Below, in pieces: positions 1-49,867 of a stretch of 64,000 nucleotides of DNA (position 1 is its first letter; every line of letters starts with the position of its first letter). Source of the DNA: Octopus vulgaris (lineage: Eukaryota); NCBI GenBank assembly GCA_951406725.2, contig OX597814.1, positions 97,340,001 through 97,404,000 of the forward strand. Reading direction: 5' to 3'. The translations under genes and the position numbers were made by a program. The notes beneath the pieces are model-generated. The model made no database searches, was not told the origin of the DNA, and saw nothing but the letters and a program-made list of their open reading frames with translations.

Positions 1-369
1 GAATTCTAAACCAATTGCATTTCACACATGCACATGTTTACACTGCATTTCTCACATACAAATTCTCAATAAAAGTATGTCCCTATGCACATTACAGTCT
101 TGAATATTAGGATTCTTAAGCCTGGTTATCCAGTTTCCATGGTGTATAAGTGACCAAAATCATATTTCCCCTAAATGGTACACCAGTCCATTGCTGGGTT
201 ACTTATTTACAGCTAAGTGAACTGGAGTAATGTGAAATGAAGTGTTTTCCTCAAAAATACAATGCATCACCCAATCCAGGGATTGAAATCATGATCTTGC
301 AATCATGAGTGCAAGATCTTAATCACTAAACCACATGCCTTCACTCTGGATGACAAGTAAATAGAAATA

Positions 370-1265
370 TTGGTTTCAAATTTTGACATAAGGCCAGTAA
401 TTTTGGGGAAGAGCATAAATCAAATTATATCAACTCCAATGCTCAACTGGTACTTATTTTATTGACCCTGAAAGTATGACAGGCTAATTTGACTATGGCG
501 GAAATTGAACTCAGAATGTAAAGATGGATGAAAACCCACTAAGCACTTTGCCTGGTCTGATTATGATTGTGCCAGCTAACTACCTCAGGTGAAATGAAAC
601 ACTGGTTTCAAATTTTGGCACAAGGCCAGCAAGTTCAGGGGAGGATGTAAGTCAATTAGATCAACCCCAGTGCTCAACTGGTACTTACAATATTGACCCC
701 AAAAGAATGAAAGGCAAAGTCGACCTCAGCTGCATTTGAACTCAGAACATAAAGCAAGATGAAATACTGCTAAGCATTTTGCCTGGTGTGCTAATGATTC
801 TACCAGTTCTGCCTTATAGACAAATAAAAATATTTTTTTCTACTCTAGGCATAAGGCCCAAAATTTTTGGGGAGGGGGCCAGTTGATTAGATCGACCCCA
901 GTATGCAACAGATACTTAATTTATCGATTCCGAAAGGATAAAAGGCAAGGTTAACCTCGGTGGAATTTGAGCTCAGAGCGTAAAGGCAGACGAAATACTG
1001 CTAAGCATTTTGCCTGGCATGCTAACGTTTTTTATTTCTTTATTGCCCACAAGGGTCTAAACATAGAGGGGACAAACAAGGACATACAAAGGGATTAAGT
1101 CGATTACATCGACTCCAGTATACAACTGGTACTTAATTTAACGACCCCGAAAGGATGAAAGACAAAATCGATCTTGGCAAAATTTGAACTCAGAGCATAG
1201 CGGCAGACGAAATACTGCTAAGCATTTTGCCCGGCCTGTTAACGTTTCTGCCAGCTTGCCACTTT
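370..1265 (-). mobile_element. Four head-to-tail tRNA-derived SINE copies (Meta/MESC-like core)
   Basis: Repeated unit gctggcagaa...ttctgagttcaaattccgccgaggtcgactttgcctttcatcctttcggggtcgataaa...gtaccag on the minus strand at about 370-585, 603-815, 835-1030 and 1035-1265. Core family assigned from memory of the motif. Confidence 0.8.
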
Positions 1266-1888
1266 GGTAAAAGTTGTATATTACAAATTGTAACATAAAT
1301 CATTTAATTGTTTCCTTTTTGTGTTGTTTTTAATCAAGAATTTTAATTAAATAAATATTAGTTTCCTGTAACAATGGAAAAAGGTTAAGATTTTCCATTA
1401 TAAGCTTTAAATTAAAGTTGACACTTTATAAATCTAAAATAAAAAAATTATGTACATTTCTTTAGCTTTTACTTCTTTCAGTCATTGGACTGCAGCCATA
1501 CTGGGGGCACTGCTTGAAGGCTTTTAGTTCTTATTTTATGTCTGGTAGTTATTCTATTGGTCTCTTTTGCCACACTACTAAGTTACAGAGACATAAACAC
1601 ACCAACATTGACTGTCAAGTGGTGGGGGATGGGAAAAATATACACACAAAGAGACTACATATATACGTATTTATATACACAATGGGCTTCCACATAGTTT
1701 CTGTCCACCAAATTTACTCACAAAACATTGGTTGGTCCCAAGCTACAGTAGAAGACATTTGCTCAAGATATTGCGCAGTGAGATTGAACCTAAAACCGCA
1801 TGGTTGCAAAACAAGCTTTTTAATCATACAATGATGCCTACACCTATAAGCCATTCCTAATATTTTTCTATCTTAGATTTGTGCTTAA

Positions 1889-2101
1889 CCCTGTAGCATT
1901 CAGGTTATTCAGTCAAATATAATGCTTATTTATTTACATTATATTGAATTAACTATGCATTGTCTTGTAGCTTCAAGATTTCAATGATGTGATTGTTTGT
2001 TTATATAATGACATCATAGGGTCAGTTTGAAAAGCCAAGTCTGGTTGGTTTGAACATAAAACATATGTGGGCCAGATATGACCAGTCTAAATGCTAAAGA
2101 G
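1889..2101. mobile_element. TTAA-flanked MITE (piggyBac-type ends)
   Basis: TTAA|ccctgtagcatt ... aatgctaaagag|TTAA; second copy at 4503-4721. Confidence 0.7.
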
Positions 2102-2199
2102 TTAAATCCAATTTAATTTAAAGTATCCAATTTGATTTGATTTTAAAGTTTGCAATAAAAAAATCAATTGTTTTTCTTTGTCATGTACTACTAATATTC

Positions 2200-2372
2200 T
2201 TTTATTCTTTTACTTGTTTCAGTCATTTGACTGTGGTTATGCTGGAGCACTGCCTTATTCTTTGTAAGCCTAGTACTTATTCTATTGGTCTATTTTGCTG
2301 AATCGTTAAGTTATGGGGACACAAACGCACCAGCATTGATTGTCAAGCGATAGTGGGGGGACAAACACACAT

Positions 2373-2435
<63 letters not shown>

Positions 2436-2600
2436 CGACGGGCTTTTTTCAGTTTCTGTTTACCAAATCCACTCACAAGGCTTTGGTCAACCCAAGGCTA
2501 TAGTAGAAAACACTTGGCCAAGATGCCACGCGGTGGGACTGAACCCAGAACCATGTGGTTGGTAAACAAGCTACTTACCACACAGCCACTCCTGTGCCTA
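2200..2600 (-). mobile_element. tRNA-derived CORE-like SINE with internal (CA)n/(TA)n microsatellite
   Basis: Head ggcacaggagtggctgtgtggtaag...gggttcagtccc, ccttgggcaagt-like core, tail gactgaaacaagtaaaag. Further copies at about 1465-1845(-), 23495-23900(+), 36255-36625(-), 38108-38370(+), 44005-44400(+), 53955-54400(-), 56020-56425(-), 63585-63950(+). Confidence 0.8.
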
Positions 2601-2988
2601 TATTAAAGATATTTTTTAAATCACAATAGCATTGAGAATTTCAGACATGAAAACAATGTAAAGTGATAAATAAAAAATATGAAACAATCTTTATACAGCT
2701 TTATACAGCCAAGAATCAAGTACTACAAAATATTGGAGACCTTGAAGGCAGTGAGTAGACAATTGTTAGCATAACAGGCAAAATGCTTAGTGGTATTTTG
2801 TCCATCTTAATGTTCCAAGTTCAAATACCACTGAAGTTGACTGATCCTTTCATCCTTTCAAGGTTAATAAAATAAGTACCAATTGAGCACTCAGTTGATT
2901 TAATTAGCTTTCCCTCTCCCCTGAACTTGCTGACCTCATGCCAAAATTTGAAACCAATATTGGAGATTGGAGTGTAAATATTAGTTAA

Positions 2989-3492
2989 CCCTTTGTCTGT
3001 CCTGTGTATCACATGTAATAAAATAAATAAATGCGCCCTTTTAAAGCCTAGCCAGGTTCATGGGCCCAGTTTCCCAGTTTCAGTGGCGTATGTGTTCCCC
3101 AGCTGGATGGGACGCCAGTCCATCACAGCGTTACTCATTTTTGCCAGCTGAGTGGACTGGAGCAACATGAATGAAGTGTTTTGCTCAAGAACACAACATG
3201 TCGCCCGGTCCAGGAATTGAAACCACAATCTTACGATCATGATGCTGACACCCTAACCACTAAGCCACATGCCTCCACTATCACATGTAATATACAGGAC
3301 ATATTTTCCTGGTATCCATGCATCATATATGATTTACATTCCCAATTTTTTGAACCACTAGGGTAACTTGGCATTTATGAAAGGAAAGCTTTATATTACT
3401 CAAAACATATGAAACAAGGGCTTACTAAAAATTTGAAAACAAGGATGGCTGTTTAAGACAAACTTATGAAAATGTTTTGGATAGGAAAAGGG
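2989..3492. mobile_element. TTAA-flanked MITE interrupted by a SINE
   Basis: TTAA|ccctttgtctgtcc ... ggataggaaaaggg|TTAA, imperfect TIRs. Confidence 0.6.
3021..3278 (-). mobile_element. Full-length tRNA-derived SINE with 14-bp target-site duplication
   Basis: TATCACATGTAATA at 3007-3020 and 3279-3292. Head gtggaggcatgtggcttagtggttagggtgtcag, (TTTA)n tail. Confidence 0.85.
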
Positions 3493-4439
3493 TTAATATA
3501 GTAAATTATGTGTTTTACTGAGTAAAATTACTCAGTGAAATATGCTGTATAATGATAGGGATTTCATTAGAATAGTATAACCACAAAGTGAGACTGCATG
3601 GCATGGTAGATATATAGTAAAATATTCTTTCCAATTTCCTTTATCTCAAGAAAATTACGGCTTAAAAAAGAAAATGTATTTGACTTTGGTTTGTCTGAAA
3701 GATGGAAAATGGTGTGCACATGTATCAAAACGTCCAGCATGCACCAGCTTTCATTGTTGACTCAGCAGTAAAGGTAAGTGTGACATAAAGCAGAAAAAAA
3801 TAAGCAAAATGAAAGAGAAAAGAGTTTTTTTTAATGCTTTTACTTTCTAATTTGTGTTTTATTCTTCTTGTTCTGTTCTGAAGCTTATATGTTAAGAAAG
3901 AAGAGAAAAAAAAAAAGAAAGAACTCAAAATTAATTCACTCTACAGTTAAACTTTAAATTAGTTCCGATGAAAGGAAAATGTGATTGTAGTTAACAGATA
4001 AATAAAAAAATTAAAGAGAAAGAAAAACTGAGGAAGAAAAGAATAAGCACAGCTAAAATACAACATAGAAGAAAAGAGTATCACATGAAAGGAGAAGTGT
4101 TTAAAGAAAGAAGCAATTATATTTTAGGACATGATCTCCAAGTAAATTTGTCTTTTCCCTTATGTTCAACACTTTCTGTAGTTGACACAAACAAAAGTAT
4201 GAACCTGTTGACCACTATCTAACAAAACATATCCTTCTGTGTCCTGTCATTAACAATTAGATCCCCTCAAAACATTCCAGTGCTTTATCATACTTCTCAG
4301 TAAAATTAGCTGAAATTGGTTCTGTGTTTAAGGGACTTGTTATTTTGACATTTTTTTTTCTTTTAGTTTTATGAAAAATTCAGGCATCTGCTCAAGTGCT
4401 TTGCAAATGTGTGCTATGGTGTCAGATATTTCTGTTTAA

Positions 4440-4860
4440 CCCTATTGATACTAACTCTCCCGAGACCACACCTAGTTCTTATTTCAAAGTGATTTAAATT
4501 AACCCTTAAGGGTTCAGATTATTCAATCAAATATAATGCCTATTGATTCCCATTGATTTGAATTAATCATGCATTATCTCATATCTTCAAGATCTTGATG
4601 GTGTAATTACTTAATGTAGAATAACATTGTAGGGTAGGTGTGATAGCTTGGATCTGGTCAGTTTGAACATAAAACAGATTAGCTATTTTGGCCAGATATG
4701 GCCGGTTTAAATACTAAAGGGTTAAAAAGCTTTCATCAGAATTTTAGGTTTATTTTTGTTCTAAATACCAGTTTAATGACAGATGATTTACTAAATTCTT
4801 TTTCCAAAATTAATTAAAACAAACGCAGTGTTTTCCAACAGACATATGATAGTAAAAGTG
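4440..4860. mobile_element. TTAA MITE with a second TTAA MITE (4503-4721) nested inside
   Basis: Outer TTAA at 4436-4439 and 4861-4864, inner TTAA at 4499-4502 and 4722-4725. Related outer-family copies at about 28302-28530 and 43175-43590. Confidence 0.65.
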
Positions 4861-4904
4861 TTAAGGGGCTTTTCAATGTAGAAAAAATAACTTCTTATTT
4901 GTAG

Positions 4905-5480
4905 ACTTTAATGAAATTAAGGATATCTCTGAAGAGAAAGATCTTGCTGTGATCATTGATAGAGACTTGCATATTAATAATTATACTGTTGCTACCTAGC
5001 AAAATTACATAATTTTGGAAGCAATAAAAAACGTTTTCAGTAATTAATAAAAATATCTGTAATACTTTTGAAGACTACTGTAGGATCACTCCTCAAAATT
5101 AGCAACATTATAACTATACTTCAAAGAGTTATTTCTTATAGAAAATATACAATGGAATACAACTAAATTGATTGTATTTTCAAAGGTCTGCCGTATAAGA
5201 CTAAAATTATAGTACTTCAATTACCCTAAGTTGATGAAAAAGAAAAATATGATATATTCCTACAGAAAGATAAGGAGAAAATTTAGCCTCAACAATGCGA
5301 TATATTGGATTACATCAATCAACAATAAGCCATTGAAATAGAGTGAGAAAACTAACTAACAAGACACCTCCATTAAAATCTATAGAAACTTGAATCAATT
5401 ACCAAAGGAAGTAAGATTGAAAGGCGACCAATCAAGTCAAAAATAAATTTGATAAATATTGGAACATTATGAAATATTTT
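4905..5480 (+). mobile_element. Highly decayed CR1/L2-like LINE 3' fragment
   Basis: Residual translation EEKDLAVIIDRDL near 4930 and KNKFDKYW near 5440, typical of the CR1 RT C-terminus; many stops. Confidence 0.55.
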
Positions 5481-6165
5481 TCTGATATATAGAAAAAAGA
5501 TATTATGAACAAATTGGCATTTTCAAGTTTGGCTTAAAAGCTGTAAATAGCTGTATAGCAAAATGTTTTATATATATTAGTAATATAATGGATTTACAAA
5601 CAACATTTAACTATTGCCTTGATTTATATTGTACCTAAATGAAATGTTTCAGCAAGAAATTGATAATGCTTTACTTTCAGTATCTTCAGTAAGATGTTCT
5701 TTTATAAATTCTATTTAATGAAGGCTAGGAATTTACTCCTTAGAACTATCCAGAGACACAAGAAAATAACATGATCAAACCAATGAAGAAAATTATGTGG
5801 TTTAACGAATTACTAGAAAAGCAGTCACATCTTACTCAACGAAATGCTAGTAATTCTTATGTAAGCTAGTAGATTAGCACTTGATCCTCTTCTCTATTCT
5901 TCAGTGAAGAGTCTCATAATTTTAAACTATGATTTCAAACTTTTCTTTCACTTTGTAACCTTATCAGTCACTTCAGGTAAGTAAGAGACAGTCTCTCATA
6001 ATCAAGTCTGTGTGTCAGTTTTGGTTTACAGTTGGAACTATTTTGTTTCATCTATTTCCATTGATATGTTTAGAAAATACATGATCATTGGCTCCTCTAA
6101 GACAAATTTAGCAAAGAAGAAACTGAGTTTGAGTCTTTTTTTAAGGAAGGGAGCCCAGCAAATAG

Positions 6166-6343
6166 TCAAGTGTCTTTCATTGGATCTCCAGGACCTGGAC
6201 CAATGTACTGGCTGAATGCTCCTCTTGTAGGCAATGAACAACACAACTTCATATTTTCCTTTGTCTGAAAATATGCCAATGAGGGAACCTTTTTGTGGTC
6301 AATTTCTCTGGTAGGAATAATAATTAAATCTCCTTCAAACCAC
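6166..6343 (-). CDS. Candidate terminal exon of the SLC6-like gene (frame unresolved)
   Basis: Best acceptor ttccttttatttttaAG|G at 6344 gives only VV-stop in phase 0. A second acceptor tattttcAG near 6265 gives TKENMKLCC...MKDT-stop. Non-repeat sequence 0.7 kb after the last clear exon. Confidence 0.4.
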
Positions 6344-7012
6344 CTTAAAAATAAAAGGAAGTATGCACTGGACATATAGTCATGAATGTAAAAAAATGGA
6401 ATTGTCATGGCTAGATTGCGATCAGTGTTGACCTGAAGTTACATAACAACAGCAATAACTTTAATAAAGTGCATCTTATTAGATGGCTTGAAAAACGGAA
6501 TATAAAAATGTGGAGTTCCTTGTGGACAGTTAGTTTAAGAGAAATAATAATTTCTTCATAATATTTGGCAAGATCAGAAATTTGAATTTGATATTAAGAA
6601 ATAAAAAAAGGTGCATAGAATGTATATATTTAATTTCGACTGTTTACTTATTACAAAAGTTTTAAAATTTCTAGTCTTAGGTAGCCATATACAGCATGGT
6701 TTCATTCTTTTTAGAAATCATCAGTATGACATAATTTGAGGTGTATAATTCAAACATATCATGAAGTTGAACAAAGAATTTAAAGTAGATTATCATTTTT
6801 CTATATAATTCGGTATATCTAAAACATGTAACAGTTATCAAACTAATTTATAAAAAATTTCAAAGAAATAAATATAACCTTCCATAAATGTATTTTTCCA
6901 TATTTTATTGAGATGAAGTATAGCAGGTTGTATGTAAATAAGTTGAAATCGTTTTCCTTTTTGTAGTTTTTAGTAATAGCTATGCAAAAACTTAAGGAAA
7001 AAATCCACTTAC

Positions 7013-43019
<36,007 letters not shown>

Positions 43020-46000
43020 CTAAAAAAAAAGAATAGAAATAAACATAAATAAATGCATAAATAAAGAAACAAACAAATAAATAAATAAATAAACAGATAA
43101 ATAAATAAATGGAATTTGAGAATGCAAGAAATGATAGTATTAACTCTTTTGATATCATGCTGCATGATACTGCCTGATTCTTGATACAAACTTCCTGCTT
43201 AAAATTGACCTAAATCAAAGCCTTTCATCAAAGTTTCATGCTAATTTACATTCCAAACACTATCTTACTATTGATGAAATTATTTAAATATATTTTTCAT
43301 TATTTTGAAAATTAATTGAAACAAAGACAGTACATTTGTAACAAAGGCAGAAATTTTGTAACAAAAGGTTAACTCTTTCGTTACAATGTTTCTAATGAGA
43401 TACACTGCCTTTATTTTTAGAAAATAAATTAAGATAATGAAGAATTTAGTAAAGCAACTTTCTACTTGTTAAGCTGGTGTTTGGAACGTAAATAGACATG
43501 AATTTTGATGTAAGATTTTAATTTAATTTAGGAAGTTTGTATCTTGGAACCAGAGCTGGTGTATTAGGTGGGTTGGTATCAAAAAGGTTAAACATTAACT
43601 ATGTGGAGCAATTTTGAAGGCATTACATATGTGCCATGATAGCACCATTTTTGCAACAAACTTACACATCAACTGCAAAAAGAACATAGTATATTACATA
43701 AGGTGCAAGGTAGCAAGCTGACAGAGTTGTTAGCACACCAGGTAAAATGCTAAGCAGCATTTCATCCATCTTTAAGCTCTGAATTCAAATATTGCCGAGG
43801 TCGGCTTTGACTTTCTACCTTTTGGGGCCAATAAAATTAAGTACCAGTTGAGCACTGGGGTCAATGTGATCAACTGCCAGAATTGCTGGCACTGTGCCAA
43901 AATTTGAAACTAATATTACATAAGGTGCAAATTGTAAAGAATTTTACACAGAAAAGAAAGTCTATAATATCTTTTATCTTTTACTTGTTTCAGTCATAGG
44001 TCCTCTAAGAAGTTGCTTCCCAACCACATGGTTCCAAGTTCAGTCCCACTGCATGGCACCTTGGGCAAGTGTTTTCTACTGTTGCCTCGGACCGACCAAG
44101 GCCTTGTGAGTGGATTTGCAAGACGGAAACTGAAAGAAGCCCACCTTATATATATGTATATATATCTATGTGTGTGTGTGTCATTTTGTCTGTGTTTGTT
44201 CCCCATCACCACTTGATAACTGGTGTTGGTGAGTTTATGTCTCTGTGACTTAGCAGTTCAGCAAATGAGGCTAATAGAATAAGTACTAGGTTTTAAAAAT
44301 ATAAGTCCTGGGGTCGATTTGTTCAACTAAAACACCTCAAGGTGGTGCTCCAGCATAGCTGCAGTCAAATGATTGAAACAAATAAAAGAAGATAAAAGAA
44401 TACATATTATACAGGCAATATTGCTGTCTCTCTCTACATTTATCTAAGCTTAATTCCATAGCCCATGGCATGTTACTTTACAAGATTGAATGTTTTCTTT
44501 GACAGACGCTTCTCATTTGGAGCTGATTGCAATAAATACTAGGCATTGGTTTACCTACTCTTGAAGAAAAGATGGTTTCAACAAAACAATAGTTTATCTT
44601 GTATGGTATTTAATACACAATTTTATGTCATTGTTGTCCAAATTCATGCTATTGGTCACTGTGAGTTATTCCTCTTAGCTCATTTTACTTTATACACACA
44701 TACACACTGACATATATATTTGTGTGTGTGTGTGTAGTGAAGTTGGAGTTGATAGAAAGCCTAAGATATCACCAAAAAGAAATGGGAAAGAGATAATAAA
44801 AAAAAATAAGAAAAGAAACAGGAAAACACAGGACAAAGAGAAAGAAGATAAAAATAATCTCACAAAGCCTGTAAGAATTGGCCAACAACTGACATCTTAG
44901 CAACTCAAGTGAACGTAGAGATTCAGTGATCAGGTCATATATGCAAGGTGGAAGATTTTGATGCCTGACAGTTCATAGTTTTATAATAAAGTAATAATCT
45001 CAAATTTGTGGCACAAGTGGATATAGCATAGTGCAATATAAGGATGGATATCCCTTCCATTTCTAGCAGGTTGAATGACAATGTAAGAGCTCCATCATTG
45101 ATCTATGATTTTAAGTGTTGTTAAGGGCTATATTGATTATCAAAATGCAATTGTGTTAGTCACTACATGTGATTTTAGATCAAATTCCTTAGCAGACAAG
45201 AATAATTTAAGTATTTATTAATAACTAGCAGCCATAGACAGTCTTGCCAAAGTTTATTTATGCCTAACATAAATATCACATGAATTCACTGCATTTTGGA
45301 TAATGTTTAGTTTGTCCAGAAATGTTGATTCAGTCAGAATTGTTGCTAAAACCAAGCCATCCAGACTATGACTCAACTTTAGCTTCATAGAAATAAATAA
45401 TGCACAAAAAATAAATTAAATAAAGAAACCTAAAGCTTATGTTAAAATGTTACTCTTACATTTTTTGTATTTTCTAAGAAAAGGATTTTTTTCTCTCAAA
45501 ATACTGTACTAGTTTAGAGAATAATTGAGAGCTATGCCAGCAAAATGCAAACTCCATGTAGTGCTTCCTATGCTGGACAGGTCAAAGGATAGAGGCCAGG
45601 GTAATATGGACCACTTCTCCCAGAGGTGAAAATTGGTTTGCATAGGACTGATACCTATAGCTAGAAAAAGGTAAAGTTACAGAAGCATCAATGGTAATTC
45701 AAAACCCAACAAGACTTGGGAGTGAAAGGTCTTCCCTTGGGGAAACATATGACATGGTGCAGCAAAATTTGAAAAGAAGTTGCAAGGAAAAAGCAGGGAT
45801 TCTACTGGAGAGAAGCAAAGATAGCTGAGTGTCAAAAGGAGTGAAGAAAAGGGTTTTAAATAAGTATCATGACTATTAGACTTTTACCACAGGTCTGTTT
45901 GATAAGAGCTGAAGTGGAGCTGAACAACAATAACAGTAATAAAAACAAACAGACAAGGGGATCATGTTTCTTACTCAGCATGCAAGAAACAGCATCTAAG

Positions 46001-47394
46001 TCTTCCTCAAATTAGATCCTATCCTTCAAAACAAAAAAAAAATGAAGGATAAATTAGATAATGTAGTCTTCAGTATGCATTGTGTTTGAATAAAAGAAAG
46101 GCTGATCACAATTTAAAAGCCTTTGATCACAGGTTTACTCAATCAGGACTGACTCAAGGCTAAACAACAACAACAAAATAAAAATGATAATGAAAAGACA
46201 AAGCCTGGCAAAGAAGAGATGATCACAAGTATAAAGCTTTTGATCATGTCTGCTCAATCAAGACTGACTTGAGGCTAAACAACAACAAAGTAGTAATAAA
46301 ACTAACAAAGGATTTGCACATTTGGAGATTAACTGAATAATTCCACCAACAGCAGCAGTAAATATTTTATATCACTGTTTCTTTCCATAAAGCCACAACT
46401 GTACTTTTCAAGACATACACTAGTTTACAATAAGATATGGGTATATCTAGGTAACGGATTTGATAAAATTTTCGGCAACTGAAATGCATTATTGCTTGTT
46501 TCAAGAGTAGACAATATGTATGACATCAGACAGAAAGACAGACAAACACACACACACGTGCGCAGAGATGCAAATATTTATACACACATATGTACATATA
46601 CATAAATAAATATATATATATACACACACACACATATATATATATATCAGTATCTCGTAGTGGTGCAACGGTGACAATGGCCATTCAGTAGCTATGGTAG
46701 CAGGATATATGCCTAAGCAGGTTCACCCAAGCTATGAAGGCATGGAACTATAGACCTTAAGGAGAGACTGTCTATTCAACAGAGGTTATAATCTGAAGAG
46801 GTAATCATGACCTGCCCACATAGCCAGCAGGGTGATTTCATTTGAAAGCCACAACAATATGAAGAATGAATCTCAGAATCCTGCATGTTAAAAAATGAAT
46901 AAATAAATAAAAGCTAAAAGATAGTTGATAGCTTTAGAATGAAGGAAAGCTGTGTGATCTTTCTCACAGAATGGACAATGTCCTCTTCTTTTTGCAGCAC
47001 AAAAATATAAACAATTCAAAACAAACTATTTGCAGCTTTTGTACCATTATTTTTGACTTAGTTACAGAATATAAGATTAATGTGTAAAACAGATGATATA
47101 TTTTAGGTTCCTTATCAGTTAAATATTTATTCTCTATGATCTTTTTTAATGCAAGGGAAAACTTTATAAAAGTGCTTAATTAAAAGCACATTGACATATC
47201 ATCTAAAAAGTGAATTATCTTCCAAGTCTATTTCTGCAGTGGAAGATTTATCCCTATCTAAGTATACTTGAACATGTTAAATATGATTTTACATGAATAT
47301 ATTTTATTCAATGCTGCTTTGAATGACTTTATTTAATTCTAGCTTGACAAACTCTATGCACATCAGCAAACATAGTTTTATTCTATTTTATATA

Positions 47395-47720
47395 GGAGCA
47401 TTCTGTCAGTTACGATGACGAGGGTCCCAGCTGGTATGATCAATGGAACAACTTGCTCGTGAGATTATTGTACAAGTGGCTGAGCACTCCACCGACATGT
47501 ATACCCCTTTACATATTTCTCAGGGAGATTCAGCATGACACAGAGTGTGACAAGGTTGGTCTCTTGAAATACAGGTACTATTCATTTTTGCCAGCTGAGT
47601 GGACTAGAGCACTGTGAAATAAAGTGTCTTGCTCAAGGACACAACATACCACCAGGAATTGAACTCATGACCCTATGACCATGAGCTGAATACCCTAACC
47701 ACTAAGCCATGTAAATTCAC
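47395..47720 (-). mobile_element. Older tRNA-derived SINE sharing its 3' half with the SINE at 55232-55603
   Basis: ggagcattctgtcagttacgatgacgagggtccc...gtggctgagcactcc matches the 55232 copy; head ...ccctaaccactaagccat. Confidence 0.7.
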
Positions 47721-49867
47721 TATTTTAGTACAAGAAGAAGGACCTAACTAACTAACTAACTTGTAGATATCAACAAGAAAGAACACAGAAATGCATCAAT
47801 CCTACAATCCAGTGATGTCATTCATAGTCCTAAGTATATTCATACATCATCTAAGAGCAGAATTTTCTCTCAAAACTATTTCCACTATGAAAAGTTTTCA
47901 TAAGTCTGAGTATACTCAAACATGTTATGATGTTACACAAATATACATTATTCAACAGTACTCCATGTAACGTTAAATATACTATTTATTAAAGCCAAAA
48001 CCAATCTCCAGTTTGTCAGACAATTACAATATATATTAAATTGGTACAATACTACATATATTTTGTGAACAGGATATATTCACTTAACTGCTACCCTGTA
48101 CAAATATGTGGCCCTTCAAGAGTAGTTTATCGTATTTTATCATATAATCTATGACATACATATGAGATATATGATCATTTAGTTTCATTTACAGTTTTAG
48201 AGCAAATTATATATCTTGCTGCAGTAGTATGTTATTAAGGTAATGTAAGCCATTGAACTTGCATTTCTGCAAAGCTTGTGTCCTTAGGCCCTTAATTGGT
48301 TGCAACTGGTCTGAAAAATTAGTATTATTTACAAAAGCTTAATAAAATTGATGCAGTGTCATCCTGTATACGCTAGTGTTTATATAAGAATATGAGTTCC
48401 AGTACAGTTTTGTATATAACCAAGGCAGCAGCTCTCCAGGTGAAGCAAAATATGAGTTACTAAGGAATTTTATTAATATGTTGATCAAACAGAATTCCTG
48501 GCAAATATATCAATATAAAAAGATAGCTTTTGGTAAAAGGCCTGCAGTTGTAAGGGGAGGGGAGAAGTTGATTGCAAAGACCTCCTCAGTACTTGACTAG
48601 TACTCATTTTATTGACTCTGAAAAGGCGAAAGGTATGATAATGATTTCTAATACTAGGAGAAAGGCACAAATTTTAGGAGAAAGGTGTAGATTCCAGTAA
48701 GTGACAAGAACCAGTTAATATAAACCTAGAAAGATAAAATATAAAGTAGATCTTAGTGGGATTTGAACTCAGATCTGTAAGGTGTGTAATTAAATTCTAC
48801 ATGGAATTCTATCTAGTAAAGTCAAATTCTACTGAACACTGCCAATGAAACAGCTTAATAATGTGCAGTCAAGTATGATAATATGAATAGCTTTCTGGAA
48901 ATTTTCCAGTCTCCACAGGAATGAATCAGAACTCTGTTAAAATAGCTTTTCTTTCTTATCTTTTTTTTTTTTTTTTTTTTACAGGGGCAAAGTATAACAA
49001 GATTCAAATGCTACATCAAATGCAGAATAAACTGGTTATATGCTTATGAAAAAGTAGATGGTTAGTAATATTTTGCTGCTATTGTAGCTGTTTTAAACAA
49101 CTCCATGAATTGTTTAAAACATCAAACATCCAACATGAAATAGTTCTTTTTCTGAGCAGATTTTTATATGAAGTACTGGAATAGATAATACACATCATTC
49201 CAAACACATTTCTCACCAATGATATCTCAGCTCTATCTCACACACTATCTCAAAATTCTAAACACTTTGTCACTGATCCTCATGTTCCAGGACAAGTGAA
49301 GCTCTCTTCCTTTCTGCTTCACTTTTAGCCAAATGCCCTTGTCTAGCTGCTCTTCTATGACCACTTTCCTCCCAAGTTTCTCAAGCCTGTCTCTTAGCCT
49401 TTACTGCCATATCAACCAATATATCAAACATGTATGTATGTATGTATGTATGTATGTATGTATGTATGTATGTATGTATGTATGTATGTATGTATGTATG
49501 TATGTATTTATGTATGTGTCAAATCATCCAACCCATGCTAGCATGGAAAGCAGACGTTAAACGATGATGATGATGATGATGATGATGACACACACATGCA
49601 TATAAAAGTAAAAAATTGCTGATGACTAACAAAACAACACATGGACAAAACACACAAGACGTAGACATGATAATCTCCCATCAGTTATCAACCAAAGATC
49701 TTTGCAATTTTGTGTCATTATCAATAATATTGTTCATTTTTTTTTTTTGGTGTCAACAGCAAAATGCTGTTAGCATAAGTAAATGGACAAAGTTGGTGAT
49801 GAAAGCATAAACAAATGAAACAATGACACAAGACATAATGGAAAGCAACACAAGTAGTTGTTAGATA

